The notes under the pieces were generated by a model. It did no database searches, had not been told where the DNA came from, and saw only the letters and a list, made by a program, of their open reading frames with translations. Shown here in pieces: positions 40,203 to 50,257 of a DNA stretch of 64,000 bases. The stretch spans positions 15,392-79,391 of the forward strand of contig BEHE01000009.1 of assembly GCA_002898395.1 (NCBI GenBank), in the 5' to 3' direction. The DNA is from Candidatus Calditenuaceae archaeon HR02 (lineage in GTDB: Archaea; Thermoproteota; Nitrososphaeria_A; Caldarchaeales; Calditenuaceae). Made by a program: the position numbers and the translations under genes. Each line of letters starts with the position of its first letter. Position 1 is the first letter of the stretch.

Positions 40203-40769
40203 CTAACCCATGCCGATCTTTTTCTCGTAGATATATATTCCATCGAGGAACTTTCTAAGGTCTTTCCGCGTTATCCGCGTCCCCTGTTCTATGCGGCCCG
40301 CTGCGAGGCCTACGAGGTACTTGTCAATCCCCGTAACTATTACGTCGTCTCCCTTCACCTGAACCTTCACGCCCTCTGGGAGGCGGATTACCCGCGGATA
40401 CTTTTCCCCGGCGAAGTTCTCGACTACCAAATTGCCTCCCTGAACCTTAACACTCATGGGGAAGTGGCTCTGAACTATTTTCAGCTTATATGTGAATCCC
40501 TGTGTTACGCCTATTATCATGTTTTTAATATTTGCCTTCACGGTGCCGAGCCTCGCAAGACATCTCCGTCCCCTACCATAGACTCTTATGTGCAATACAT
40601 CGCCGTCCAAGCTAACTTCTGCGCCTGCATGGCCGAAGTCCCTCTCAACACTCCCTAGCTTCCCCTTAATTTTCACGCGGGCTGGGGGGGTTAGCTCAAC
40701 CTGTATATCCTGAGGAATCTTGACAGTATCTTCTTGAAACTTCATCTTAGAAATAGACTCTTGGGCCAT
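40203..40769 (-). CDS. rpl6: 50S ribosomal protein L6
   Basis: 188 aa, two-domain uL6 pattern; sits with S8. Confidence 0.8.
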   Translation of the reverse strand: MAQESISKMKFQEDTVKIPQDIQVELTPPARVKIKGKLGSVERDFGHAGAEVSLDGDVLHIRVYGRGRRCLARLGTVKANIKNMIIGVTQGFTYKLKIVQSHFPMSVKVQGGNLVVENFAGEKYPRVIRLPEGVKVQVKGDDVIVTGIDKYLVGLAAGRIEQGTRITRKDLRKFLDGIYIYEKKIGMG

Positions 40770-40785
40770 CCCCGTTCACCTCGTC

Positions 40786-41175
40786 TCAATACACGTATCC
40801 AAGGAGCTTTCCACCAAGTCCGCGGGAAACCGCCTCCCTATGCGACAACACGCCCTGATTGGTTGTCACGATCAGGATTCCGACGTCCTTAGCCGGCAGA
40901 TAGAGCTTTGCCCAGCTATCATATCCGTTCCGCGAGACACTGTATCTGGGCCTAATAGGTGCGGCCCTATTGATTCTGCCAAGTAGCTGGATTATCACCT
41001 TACCGCCCCTGCCGTCTTCGATATACTCGAAAGAGCCGATGTAAGAATGTCTCTGAAGTGTCCTTAATATGTCGCCGATCAACCGTGAGTAGTAGTATAT
41101 ACACTCCTTGTTGCGTACCGCCTCGTTATTCTGGAGCGTCGTAAAGAGGCCTGACACTAGGTCCTTAGATACCAT
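40786..41175 (-). CDS. rps8: 30S ribosomal protein S8
   Basis: LFTTLQNNEAVRNKECI start; GGKLLGYVY end, typical of uS8. Confidence 0.8.
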   Translation of the reverse strand: MVSKDLVSGLFTTLQNNEAVRNKECIYYYSRLIGDILRTLQRHSYIGSFEYIEDGRGGKVIIQLLGRINRAAPIRPRYSVSRNGYDSWAKLYLPAKDVGILIVTTNQGVLSHREAVSRGLGGKLLGYVY

Positions 41176-41260
41176 CTCTTCTCGTCTGTTCTAAAATTCC
41201 TGCGAGCCCATCTAATAAGCCTAATTAAGCCGGGTAGCGCCCTCTAGGCAGACTAGCCTC

Positions 41261-42049
41261 CTATTGGAGCCGGATTCTCACCCTGTCACCCGGTTTAAGT
41301 CCAAGTAGCATGGAGGCGCTCCCCCTACTCGCCGCCAGCTCCAGCTGACCAGTCCCACCGAATGTAACTAGGAGCGAGCCAGGAGGCACATCGCCGTAGG
41401 CCTTCACATACCGGGCAGTATAGACCCGCCCTCCATACTCTACAATAAGCTCGTCACCGAGCCCCAACCCTTCAGGCATTCCACTTGAATCGATGTTAAG
41501 GATGGCGTTCCCGAACCTGTCTATGTGTAGAACCTCTGTCTCTACGCTTCCTCCCACGAACCTCGCAGTAGTTAGCTCAAGCTTCACGATTGATTGGGCG
41601 TCGATTTTCCTGAGAGCAGGCTGTAGGCCGGAGGCCAGCTCGCCGGCAACAGGACCGAACACGTCGCGCGCATGAAACGTATGACCACCAATCCTAGGAT
41701 ATTTTTCTAGCATGATCTCGAAGCACTCCTCAAGCCCATCGCTCATCGCAGCGGGGTAGAGGAGACCATTGTCAGGCCCTACGAACCAGTAGTTATGCGT
41801 CTTTAGAACTAGCCCGCGCCTCTCCGTACCTACGCCAGGGTCAACGACGGCGACATGTATTGTCCCAGGCGGGAAGAACTTGTAGGAGAGGAGAAGTAGG
41901 AATGCACCCTGCCTGACGTTGAAGGGCTCCACCTGGTGGGTTATATCCACTATCTTAACATCACCGCACCTAGATAGGATTACACCCTTAACCTCAGCCA
42001 CATAGATATCTGAGACGCCAAAATCTGTCAGAAGGGTCACTATCCTCAC
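41261..42049 (-). CDS. SAM hydroxide adenosyltransferase (SAM hydrolase, DUF62 family)
   Basis: VTLLTDFGVSDIYVAEVKGVI...IVDITHQV N-terminal signature. Confidence 0.65.
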   Translation of the reverse strand: MRIVTLLTDFGVSDIYVAEVKGVILSRCGDVKIVDITHQVEPFNVRQGAFLLLLSYKFFPPGTIHVAVVDPGVGTERRGLVLKTHNYWFVGPDNGLLYPAAMSDGLEECFEIMLEKYPRIGGHTFHARDVFGPVAGELASGLQPALRKIDAQSIVKLELTTARFVGGSVETEVLHIDRFGNAILNIDSSGMPEGLGLGDELIVEYGGRVYTARYVKAYGDVPPGSLLVTFGGTGQLELAASRGSASMLLGLKPGDRVRIRLQ

Positions 42050-42082
42050 ACTCTAACCTCTCCACCTCCAACTAGATTAAGT

Positions 42083-42526
42083 TCAGGGAGAGACCTCTAT
42101 TATCCCACCCTTGTGGGGGTGGAGCATGCAGTAGTACGTATAGGTACCCGAGACCCTAAAGGTGTAGCGATAGCTGTCGCCGGGGTTGACGGGGCCCGAG
42201 TCGAACTTGCTTGCACCGCTAGGTACCATGCTTGCAGTGAAGGTATGAGGGACCTCGTCTTCGTTGACGTAGACCACCGTGTCGCCGACACTTATTGAGA
42301 GTCTGGCAGGGTTGTAATACTTGTCGTCGATGACTGGAGGATCTCCCACTTTCCATCCTTCAGGTGGAAGATAGGAGCCCTTCATGCTCCTGATGGTATA
42401 TGTCTTTCCGGAGGTCTGTCCTGCAACTACGGTAGCTCCGATAAGCTGCCCCCACAACAGCATAACAGCAACCGCGACAACCGCTATAGCAACGACAAAA
42501 GCCACGGCGACGTAAACTGGCCTCAA
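42083..42526 (-). CDS. Membrane-anchored cupredoxin (plastocyanin/azurin-like blue copper protein)
   Basis: N-terminal TM helix; HTF...YTYYCMLHPHKGG C-terminal copper-ligand cluster, with no canonical downstream Met. Confidence 0.55.
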   Translation of the reverse strand: MRPVYVAVAFVVAIAVVAVAVMLLWGQLIGATVVAGQTSGKTYTIRSMKGSYLPPEGWKVGDPPVIDDKYYNPARLSISVGDTVVYVNEDEVPHTFTASMVPSGASKFDSGPVNPGDSYRYTFRVSGTYTYYCMLHPHKGGIIEVSP

Positions 42527-42552
42527 AGATGATCTGCCCGCGAGGAGCCAGG

Positions 42553-42563
42553 CCGAACGTCGA
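42553..42563 (-). promoter_or_regulatory. TATA-like box (tttttaaata on the minus strand) ~30 nt upstream of the cupredoxin start
   Basis: Only AT-rich element in the short upstream region. Confidence 0.35.
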
Positions 42564-42754
42564 TATTTAAAAATTTCTTGGCTTTTAACGGTTTTGGCTT
42601 CGTTAGAGAGGTGGCGGTACTAGATTCCCGCAGTATATACTGTATATTGTTTTAGGTCGCGAATATGCACAAGGTATATTAAGCGGTAAAAGGTTATATC
42701 TGATGAGGTGAAGGGGTTTAAAGCTTTTCACCGGAAACAATCCTCAGGAGGGAG

Positions 42755-43696
42755 GTGTGTATGGCACTTCCTAATAGGCGTGTAGAAGGATATATCTGCC
42801 CAGAGTGCGGCAGCGATAATATAATTACCGATTCTAGGACAGGTGAGATAAGCTGCGGCGACTGTGGATACGTCCTCCTAGCTAAGGATGTTGACAGAGG
42901 GCCTGAGTGGAGGAGTCTCGATGATGATCAGCAGAGCAGGGCTAGAACTGGAGCACCACTCTCTATAATGTATAGAGACCACGGCCTCTCGACTGTGATT
43001 AACAGGATCGGCGAGGACGCGGGTGGGAGGCGTCTCCCCAAAGAGATGAGGGAGAAGATGCTCAGGCTGAAGAAGCTCGACCAGACATCCCAAGTAAATG
43101 CCTCTGAAAACAGGAACCTCCAGCAGGCGGCAAACGTCCTCGAGATCTATGTCGACAAGCTTCACATACCTCAGTCAGTAGCGGAAATGGCCATGTCGAT
43201 CTACAGGAAAGCCTTGAAGGCGGGACTGGTCAGGGGCAGATCCATCAGGAGCATAGTAGCGGCCGCGACATACGCTGCCTGCAGGATGAGTGGGATGCCG
43301 AGGGACCTGAGAGAGTTTGAGCGCGTCTATCCACTGGTTAAGAGGAAAACTATTGCACAGGGCTATAGACTCCTAGTCAAGAACCTGAACATCAAGATAC
43401 CTGTAGTGGAGCCTAGCCTATATGTCAGGAAGATCGCCTCCTCTAGGGTTGGGCTGGACGAGCGGACAGTACAGGAGGCTCTTAACCTTCTAAACAAGGC
43501 CGCATCTAGGGGAGCAACGGTGGGTAAGGACCCAGTGGGCATAGCCGCAGCCGCTCTCTACATGGCATGCCAAGAGATGATGCAGAACATAACTCAGAAG
43601 GACATAGCCCGCGCCGCCGGCGTAACGGAAGTAACGGTCAGGAACAGGTTCAAGGGCCTAAAGGAGGCGCTAGAAAGCACAGCACAGGCGGTATAG
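42755..43696 (+). CDS. tfb: Transcription initiation factor TFB (TFIIB)
   Basis: N-terminal CPECG...CGDCG zinc ribbon; two cyclin-fold repeats; ~310 aa. Confidence 0.9.
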   Translation: MCMALPNRRVEGYICPECGSDNIITDSRTGEISCGDCGYVLLAKDVDRGPEWRSLDDDQQSRARTGAPLSIMYRDHGLSTVINRIGEDAGGRRLPKEMREKMLRLKKLDQTSQVNASENRNLQQAANVLEIYVDKLHIPQSVAEMAMSIYRKALKAGLVRGRSIRSIVAAATYAACRMSGMPRDLREFERVYPLVKRKTIAQGYRLLVKNLNIKIPVVEPSLYVRKIASSRVGLDERTVQEALNLLNKAASRGATVGKDPVGIAAAALYMACQEMMQNITQKDIARAAGVTEVTVRNRFKGLKEALESTAQAV

Positions 43697-43800
43697 CTTT
43701 CACCTAAGCTATAAGCCAGGAAAAGACATCCTCTTCCCCACGATTTTTAAATAGAGAAGTAAAGGATAAAAGTTATTGGATAGTAGAAAAGATTAGAGGG

Positions 43801-44109
43801 ATGCCTATCGAAGGAATTGAGTGGGTGATGGTTTTAGGCGTAGTCCTCATTATGATTTTTTGGAGTCCGGAGAAGATTCCGGAAATTGCGAGGGCCATCG
43901 GTAGATTCGTGAATGAAATCCAGAAAGCGCAGATGGAGGCGGATAGATATGTTAAGGAGCTTATCAAACCCGGTGTGGAGGCGGTTGATATGGCTGATAG
44001 GCAGCTCATTGAGGCAGCAGGGAAGCTAGATATTGTCACCGAAGGGCTTAAGAAAGAGGAGATAATATCCCTGATAAATAAAAGGCTCGAGGGCGCGGCG
44101 TCAAACTAG
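43801..44109 (+). CDS. tatA: Twin-arginine translocase subunit TatA/E
   Basis: N-terminal TM helix then amphipathic FWSPEKIPEIARAIGRFVNE motif. Confidence 0.65.
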   Translation: MPIEGIEWVMVLGVVLIMIFWSPEKIPEIARAIGRFVNEIQKAQMEADRYVKELIKPGVEAVDMADRQLIEAAGKLDIVTEGLKKEEIISLINKRLEGAASN

Positions 44110-44414
44110 ATTATCTCGAGGTTCTCAGACGGTATTCCGAGCTCTACTAGAATCTTTGGCACTTTTTCGCGCTGGTCGCCCTGCAACATTATTACTCCAT
44201 TCTTCACCGCTCCTCCACAGGCGCACTTCGCCTTAAGGATAGATGCGACTTCTTCCATATCTATACTGCTTGAATCGAGGCCCTCGATAATCGTCATAGT
44301 CTTGTTCCACTTCTTTGTCTCGAGTTTTATCTTGACACGCTGTTGCTCATAGTCGATAGTTTTGCACACACAGAGATTCTTGGGGAGCCCGCAGGTGGGG
44401 CATATCTCCGCCAT
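44106..44414 (-). CDS. sui1: Translation initiation factor aSUI1 (eIF1 homolog)
   Basis: ICPTCGLPKNLCVC start; EQQRVKIKLETKKWNKTMTIIEGL; KCACGGAVK; near-complete match to archaeal SUI1. Confidence 0.85.
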   Translation of the reverse strand: MAEICPTCGLPKNLCVCKTIDYEQQRVKIKLETKKWNKTMTIIEGLDSSSIDMEEVASILKAKCACGGAVKNGVIMLQGDQREKVPKILVELGIPSENLEII

Positions 44415-44476
44415 TATTTCTCTCCTAGACCCTCCGCAAAATTTAGGACCTGGGGGGATATAAATGTTAAGCGGAC

Positions 44477-45172
44477 TTAGCCCGACTCGTAGCTCTTTTT
44501 CTTCTGCTCAAACATCTCCCTGTCTGAGACAGGCCTTGCCGGCGAGCCCATGACCAGTTGGTTGGGCTCAACATCCCTCACAACTATTGAGCCGGCCGCG
44601 ACAACAGCTCTTGAACCAATTGTCACCCCAGCCAATATGAGGGCGCCCGCACCTATCACGGCTTCGTCTCCTATTGTCACACCTGTCAGTTTTCTGCTTG
44701 GTGGATAGCGATCATTAGTAACGCAGACGAGAGGGCCTATGAAGACCTTTCTACCAATCTTTGTGAGATGAGGAAGGTAGGCCATTGATTGGATGTTGGT
44801 GCCATCTCCGATTACTACTTCGCCATCCAGCTGGCACCCACTCCCTATCTTCACAGCGCGCCCAACCCTCGACCCCTTTCTAATCAAGACATTGTGCCCC
44901 AGCTCCACATTGTCCATCAATTCCACCTCCTCATATATCACGGAGCCAGATCGTATCAAGCAACCCACACCAATTCTAGCACCAGAACTCAGCGTGTCAA
45001 GCTGGTTGATCGATGAGGGCTGTCCCTGCAGCAGCTTCTCCCTTGAGGGGTACCCGACTACTGTGTTGAAGTCAATGTAAGACTCTTCGCCAATCTCAGT
45101 GCTTCCGAGAATGATTGAGCCGTGAGATATGTGGCCCCTACACCGGGCCCGGGGACTAACGTATCCCAACAA
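44477..45172 (-). CDS. Hexapeptide-repeat (left-handed beta-helix) acyl/acetyltransferase
   Basis: Repeated [LIV]G-x-x-x-x hexads; C-terminal GDEAVIGAGALILAGVTIGSRAVVAAGSIV. Confidence 0.7.
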   Translation of the reverse strand: MLGYVSPRARCRGHISHGSIILGSTEIGEESYIDFNTVVGYPSREKLLQGQPSSINQLDTLSSGARIGVGCLIRSGSVIYEEVELMDNVELGHNVLIRKGSRVGRAVKIGSGCQLDGEVVIGDGTNIQSMAYLPHLTKIGRKVFIGPLVCVTNDRYPPSRKLTGVTIGDEAVIGAGALILAGVTIGSRAVVAAGSIVVRDVEPNQLVMGSPARPVSDREMFEQKKKSYESG

Positions 45173-45211
45173 TTCATAATAGGTGGTTTAGGGTGTTCTA
45201 TATAATTTGGG

Positions 45212-45487
45212 TTGGGGTCGGCCGTGAACTGGAATGACTTCAAAACACGACTGAGGTCGCTCCAGTCGAGGAGCCTTCTGGCTGAGGACTTACTCGATAT
45301 TTTATTGACTACTTATAACTATTCGGTAGTCTCTCCCGAGAAGGGAGAGGAGATTGTTAAGCTGTTTATCACCCGGGAACTTGATTCCCCTGAAGCAGTC
45401 TACATGCTAGTTGATTTAAGCATAAGAGCTGAGCCTGAGAAGACTTTAAAGGTGCTTAAGAACCACGGACTCGTCCATGGGATATGA
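45212..45487 (+). CDS. Hypothetical protein; 4-nt overlap with the downstream LLM oxidoreductase gene
   Basis: ORF only. Confidence 0.3.
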   Translation: MGSAVNWNDFKTRLRSLQSRSLLAEDLLDILLTTYNYSVVSPEKGEEIVKLFITRELDSPEAVYMLVDLSIRAEPEKTLKVLKNHGLVHGI

Positions 45488-46470
45488 AGTATTCTATCGA
45501 GATACCACCTAAGGACCCTATCTGGCGCCTCCAGATATACGCCCACCTCGCAGACACTCTCTCTTTCCACACAATATGGCTCAGCGACCACTACTATAAT
45601 CGGAACATAGCCATAGTCGCAACGGCAATGTGCATGGTGACTAAGAGGGTGGGAATCGGCTTAGGCATCATGAACCCCTACATTTATCACCCTGTATCGA
45701 TGGCACAAATGGCCGCCTCGCTATCCGAGGTGGCTCCCGGCAGGGTCTCGATAGGCATTGGGGCGGGTGATAGAAACATTCTCGAAAGTCTGGGGATTAT
45801 ACAGGAGAGGCCCGTGGATAGAGTACGGTGGGCTGTGAAGACGATTAGAGAGCTTTTCAGCGATAGCAGACGCAGCGGGGCCCTGGGCCTAGACTTCAAG
45901 GCCTGGGGATCGCCACAGATTTATATCGCAGCTCAAGGACCAAAGATGCTTCAGCTAGCAGCTGAGATGGGAGATGGAGTCCTAGTCAACACTTCCTGGC
46001 TCCCAAACCCTGAAAAGCCTCTAAGCCTCGTCAAGAAGACCCTAGACGAGGTGGGGCGTCGCCGAGCAGAGTTCTCAATAGAGCTTGAGACTCTAGTCTC
46101 AGTCCACGAAGACTCTGAGAAGGCCAGCAAGACTGTGAAACCATACGTGGGCGTGGTCATGCAGGGCCTGTCGCCCGAGATGGTAGAGGAGCTGCGGATA
46201 AGCGAGGAGACTCTTAGAAAGATAAGATCTATGGTACAGGCTAGGATGTGGCTTGAGATGCATAGAGTGATTCCTGACGAGGCTGTGGAGTTATTCTCGA
46301 TCGCTGGTACCCCTAGCTATGTGCGGTCTAGGCTGGAAGAGATCTCGTCAATAGATTTGGATGGCTTAGTTCTTGGCGGGCCCCTCGGCCCCACTCCACG
46401 AAAAGCAATGATAATGCTAGATGAGATTATTAAAGGGTTTAGTGGATCACCATCCGCGCGAGCAGCCTAA
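45484..46470 (+). CDS. LLM-class (luciferase-like) flavin/F420-dependent oxidoreductase
   Basis: TIM-barrel LLM motifs: WLSDHY and GIGAGD. Confidence 0.7.
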   Translation: MKYSIEIPPKDPIWRLQIYAHLADTLSFHTIWLSDHYYNRNIAIVATAMCMVTKRVGIGLGIMNPYIYHPVSMAQMAASLSEVAPGRVSIGIGAGDRNILESLGIIQERPVDRVRWAVKTIRELFSDSRRSGALGLDFKAWGSPQIYIAAQGPKMLQLAAEMGDGVLVNTSWLPNPEKPLSLVKKTLDEVGRRRAEFSIELETLVSVHEDSEKASKTVKPYVGVVMQGLSPEMVEELRISEETLRKIRSMVQARMWLEMHRVIPDEAVELFSIAGTPSYVRSRLEEISSIDLDGLVLGGPLGPTPRKAMIMLDEIIKGFSGSPSARAA

Positions 46471-46864
46471 TACTCGTCTTAAAAACTCTCAATTCCTCTT
46501 CGCTGAGTATATTCTGGCCGAAGCGGACGGCTTCATATAGCTCCACCAACTCCAACGCCTCCCTCCTATCAATGGCCTGGAAAATCTCCCTGACCGTGGA
46601 GGATGGCTTAATCTCCAACAATTTACGCTCGACTAATAGTTGAATAAAAATGTTGATACAGTTTTTAAGATACTCCTTTTGCCTCTCGCTCGTCACCTCC
46701 ATGCTAAGAGCCCTTTCAAGCCTCCAGAAAGGGCCTTCAACAAACTCTTCCACACTAGACTTTGAGGCGGCGCTCAGGCTTTTCCTCAACTTCAATATTC
46801 CAAACGCTACAAGAATATTGAGCACCAACCAGAAAACGGGGCTGTAGATTATGTCGAGCTCCAT
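46439..46864 (-). CDS. Hypothetical membrane-anchored protein
   Basis: N-terminal TM helix. Confidence 0.3.
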   Translation of the reverse strand: MELDIIYSPVFWLVLNILVAFGILKLRKSLSAASKSSVEEFVEGPFWRLERALSMEVTSERQKEYLKNCINIFIQLLVERKLLEIKPSSTVREIFQAIDRREALELVELYEAVRFGQNILSEEELRVFKTSIRLLARMVIH

Positions 46865-47625
46865 TCTATATCTCCTTCAACTATTGTCGCGTTTGTGATC
46901 TGGATTGGGATAAAGGTCTCGTCACTAACCACGGATAAAATGCTCCACGGAACTATTGTGTTTGTGCTTGAGAGGACTGGTACCACTACATCGTACAAGA
47001 CGTAGACAGCCGATGGTTGTAGGCTGATATAGTAGGGGCGGGGCGTTATATGCCATGCCACAGCCTCATGCGTCGGGTAGACGAGCTTTCTACCCATTTG
47101 ATCTATAGTAGTTATGATTGGGGTTGAAGCGTATATAATCTTGTCCGATGGCGGCATATACTGCATTTCAACACTGCTAGAGTCTGTGGTGTAGTTTACC
47201 ATCAATATTAGAGAGTCGGGAATAAGCTTCTCTTCCCTGAACGAGACTAGGATCAATAGCGGCTTTTCAACCTTCACGATTGTTCTGAACGGGTAGAGTA
47301 TTCCGTCACGCCATGAGACTATGAGGCTATAGTTCCCTGGAGGTAGGCTGAAAATCGCCTCACCCTTAGCGTCTAGGTCTGCTATATTCCCACCTAACAC
47401 GACGAAAACCAGTCCAGTAATTGGCGGCCTAGGGGTCTCATTTCCTATCTGGTGTGTTACTCTGACCTTCACTGTGATCCCGCTTTCAACTGGAGAGGCT
47501 ATGTTGGAGACGTATGCGATGGCGCTTGATGACGAGAGTGATAGCGGTGGCGAATTAAAAAGGATGAATAATAGAGCTAGAATTACTGCAAGCGACATGA
47601 CCAGTAATTCATGGCGCCTAAGCAA
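46849..47625 (-). CDS. Hypothetical secreted/membrane protein with Ser-rich linker
   Basis: N-terminal signal-anchor helix. Confidence 0.3.
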   Translation of the reverse strand: MLRRHELLVMSLAVILALLFILFNSPPLSLSSSSAIAYVSNIASPVESGITVKVRVTHQIGNETPRPPITGLVFVVLGGNIADLDAKGEAIFSLPPGNYSLIVSWRDGILYPFRTIVKVEKPLLILVSFREEKLIPDSLILMVNYTTDSSSVEMQYMPPSDKIIYASTPIITTIDQMGRKLVYPTHEAVAWHITPRPYYISLQPSAVYVLYDVVVPVLSSTNTIVPWSILSVVSDETFIPIQITNATIVEGDIEWSST

Positions 47626-47776
47626 GATCCATAATCAATATTCAGAGCGCGGGATATAAGCTATTTTTGAAAACCCGCCCTGAGCCCCTTGGAACGGTGT
47701 CGGACGCATATATCAGGCTTGACACCGCATGTAAAAGGTTTAAAAACTTAGCGTTGATTCACGGTGTCTCCGATCT

Positions 47777-49027
47777 TTATGAGAATCTCGCAGGTGAGAA
47801 ATGTTGTAGCAGTGGGTTTTCACGCCCTGTTATAACGTCCTCGACGAGCATAGCAGTTGCCGGGCTTAGCGTGAGGCCGAGTCTGCAGAGACCCGTAGCC
47901 ACCAGAACGCGGCCCTTACCGCCAATCCTACCGACCAGCGGCAGGCCATCGGGTATGCAAGGCCTTGAGCCTACCCACTCATCAACTATTCGCACCTCAT
48001 CCTCAAGCTTGATGGCCCTCTTCGCTTTTCTCACCATCTGGATTATCTTGGATCGGTCTAGAGGTGCATCTGGGTTGTTAAGCTCGAAATAGCTTGTGAA
48101 CCGTAGATTACCATCTGCTGTCTGCCCAATAACTATCTTCTCATCAGCGTAGAAGAGTGGTCTGGACAGCCTCTTTTTAACCGGCTCTGAGACTGCGAGA
48201 TATCCCCGCCCAGCGATAAGGGGTATCTCGACACCAAGACTCTTAAGTAGGTTTCTGGTCCAAGCTCCTGCAGCCAATACTACGTGTCCAGCCCTCAGCC
48301 CTCCACTATCCGCCTCGACCTTCACACCATCTCCATCCTCTCTGACACCTCTGACTCTTTCCCAGACTATCTGTACACCGAGCCGCTGGAGGGCTGAGAT
48401 GAGGGAGTTCAGTGTCTTAGAGGGATTTACCCATGCGTCGTCGACATAGTATAGCCCACCTGCGACGCCCTCCCTCAGGAGGGGCTCCAACTCCCTGCAC
48501 TTCTCCCCTTCAAGGATCTGGACCCTGTATCCCAGCTTAGCCGACTCCTCTGAGACGACGCGGGACTCGAGGCTGAAGAGCTCTTCAGAGAAATAGGCCT
48601 CAATAGACCCTTGCTCCAGCAACTCAGTATCGAGCTCCTCGCTCCTGATTATCTCAAGCCACAGCTTCTTACTCTCGCGGACTAGACGGGCCAGCAAAGC
48701 TGCACGCACGGCTAGCTGCTCCTTTTTGAGGGAGCGCGCATATCTCCAGAGCCATCCACCGGGGAGGGATTCCCGCAAAGCTATCCATGGATTTGACGAT
48801 ATGTAGGACCCCCGTCTCAAGGCCAGCCTAACCACACGCCAGAAGCCCATTATCTCCGGCACAGTAGTTGTCGAGCCCTGATGTATCAGCCCCGCATTCC
48901 CCCACGAGGCACCTCGACGCGGCCCCTCCCCACCAACAACCACCACCCTCAAGCCACTCTTATGCAGCCGGTATGCTGTGTGCAGGCCTACGAATCCACC
49001 ACCTACAACAATGGCGTCCGCATCCAA
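47777..49027 (-). CDS. FAD-dependent oxidoreductase (DAO family: glycine/D-amino-acid oxidase-like)
   Basis: N-terminal VVGGGFVGL dinucleotide-binding motif; 416 aa. Confidence 0.7.
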   Translation of the reverse strand: MDADAIVVGGGFVGLHTAYRLHKSGLRVVVVGGEGPRRGASWGNAGLIHQGSTTTVPEIMGFWRVVRLALRRGSYISSNPWIALRESLPGGWLWRYARSLKKEQLAVRAALLARLVRESKKLWLEIIRSEELDTELLEQGSIEAYFSEELFSLESRVVSEESAKLGYRVQILEGEKCRELEPLLREGVAGGLYYVDDAWVNPSKTLNSLISALQRLGVQIVWERVRGVREDGDGVKVEADSGGLRAGHVVLAAGAWTRNLLKSLGVEIPLIAGRGYLAVSEPVKKRLSRPLFYADEKIVIGQTADGNLRFTSYFELNNPDAPLDRSKIIQMVRKAKRAIKLEDEVRIVDEWVGSRPCIPDGLPLVGRIGGKGRVLVATGLCRLGLTLSPATAMLVEDVITGRENPLLQHFSPARFS

Positions 49028-49125
49028 TTCAATATACTCTATCCACCACCCGCCTAAATACGCGTTACTCTTGGCGTCACACCCTAGGAAAGGTTTTTAA
49101 TCGGCTCCGAGCAGGTCTAACCAAC

Positions 49126-49479
49126 ATGGCAGCCGAAGAGTTTCTAAAGGCGCTACGGTACACACACGAACTGAACATCACTACAGTCGGAAGGAGGAGT
49201 GGGAAACGCATCAGTCTACCTGTCTGGTTCGTCAACGAGGATAGGAAGGTTTACCTCCTGCCCGTGAAGGGCTCAGATACGAACTGGTATAGGAACGTCT
49301 TGGCAAACCCCTCCATGGAGTTGGCGGCTGGTGATAAACGGCTAACAGTAGTGGCAAGGCCGTTAAGCGACAAGAAAAGCGTGGAGAAAGTGGTAGAGCT
49401 ATTCAAGAGGAAGTATGGCGAGTCTTCAATTAAGAGGTACTACTCTAAGCTCGACGTATGTATCGAGATAGAAGTATGA
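49126..49479 (+). CDS. Nitroreductase-family deazaflavin (F420)-dependent oxidoreductase (DUF385/Ddn-like)
   Basis: TTVGRRSGKRISLPVWF...NWYRNVLANP pattern; the ORF-track start at 48868 is an antisense extension. Confidence 0.55.
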   Translation: MAAEEFLKALRYTHELNITTVGRRSGKRISLPVWFVNEDRKVYLLPVKGSDTNWYRNVLANPSMELAAGDKRLTVVARPLSDKKSVEKVVELFKRKYGESSIKRYYSKLDVCIEIEV

Positions 49480-49702
49480 GTTAAACGAGAAAGACGTCGC
49501 TGTCCCCTCATTGAACATGATCTGGCGGCGAGAAAATACGGCGTATGAAAATTCTGAAGAGCCTTTACGCAGGGCTCAAAATAATATTATGGCTCCCAAG
49601 AATAGAGACCAGCCTAACTTGGAGACATTAATAATACTTCATAACCTGCACCTTAACGTACTTTGGGTCAAAGCTTTTGTATTAGCTCATCTGTAGCTAC
49701 AC

Positions 49703-50026
49703 ATGCCCCAATACGTTATACTACAGAGTCATCCTCTAGGGAATTGTCCGCTCGCAAGCAAGGGTGCAAGAGAATGGTTTAAGAAGACTTTCCCAGAAGT
49801 GGAAAGCGTAGCTAAGAAATTCAGTGTTAAGCTCGTCGTGCCATATATTCATCTCGACCCAGCCCACAAGGGACTTATGTTACTGGAAGCCCCAAGCGCC
49901 GAGGCAGTTAGAGATTTTCTTATGCAGGCAGGTTTCTTCCATTTCGTTGACATGGAGTTCTATCTAGTCACACCAATAGCAGACCTCGTAAAGGACATAG
50001 ACAGGATCCCAACAATATACCCGTAG
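49703..50026 (+). CDS. Hypothetical protein
   Basis: ORF only. Confidence 0.3.
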   Translation: MPQYVILQSHPLGNCPLASKGAREWFKKTFPEVESVAKKFSVKLVVPYIHLDPAHKGLMLLEAPSAEAVRDFLMQAGFFHFVDMEFYLVTPIADLVKDIDRIPTIYP

Positions 50027-50257
50027 AGTGGGTCTGTCATTACCTAATGGGTTTAATGACGATGCGCCTGCTCTTTTTGACGGTTTTGTGGCCGTCTATA
50101 GGAGTTTGTTGATGAGGTTTTATTTGGACTAATTTCCGCCACATTGACGGTGTAACGAGCCTTAATGCCTCTTTAACGATTTTCTAATAAGCGTGGTTAT
50201 CGGGATCCTTAAACAGTATGGGCTGGATGAGCCGGTGCCATCTATAGATGGTCTGAT

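Noticed and set aside
42083-42526. Calling the cupredoxin a specific family (sulfocyanin, halocyanin or amicyanin)
   Set aside because: The ligand region YYCMLHPHKGG lacks the canonical downstream Met, so I kept the call generic.
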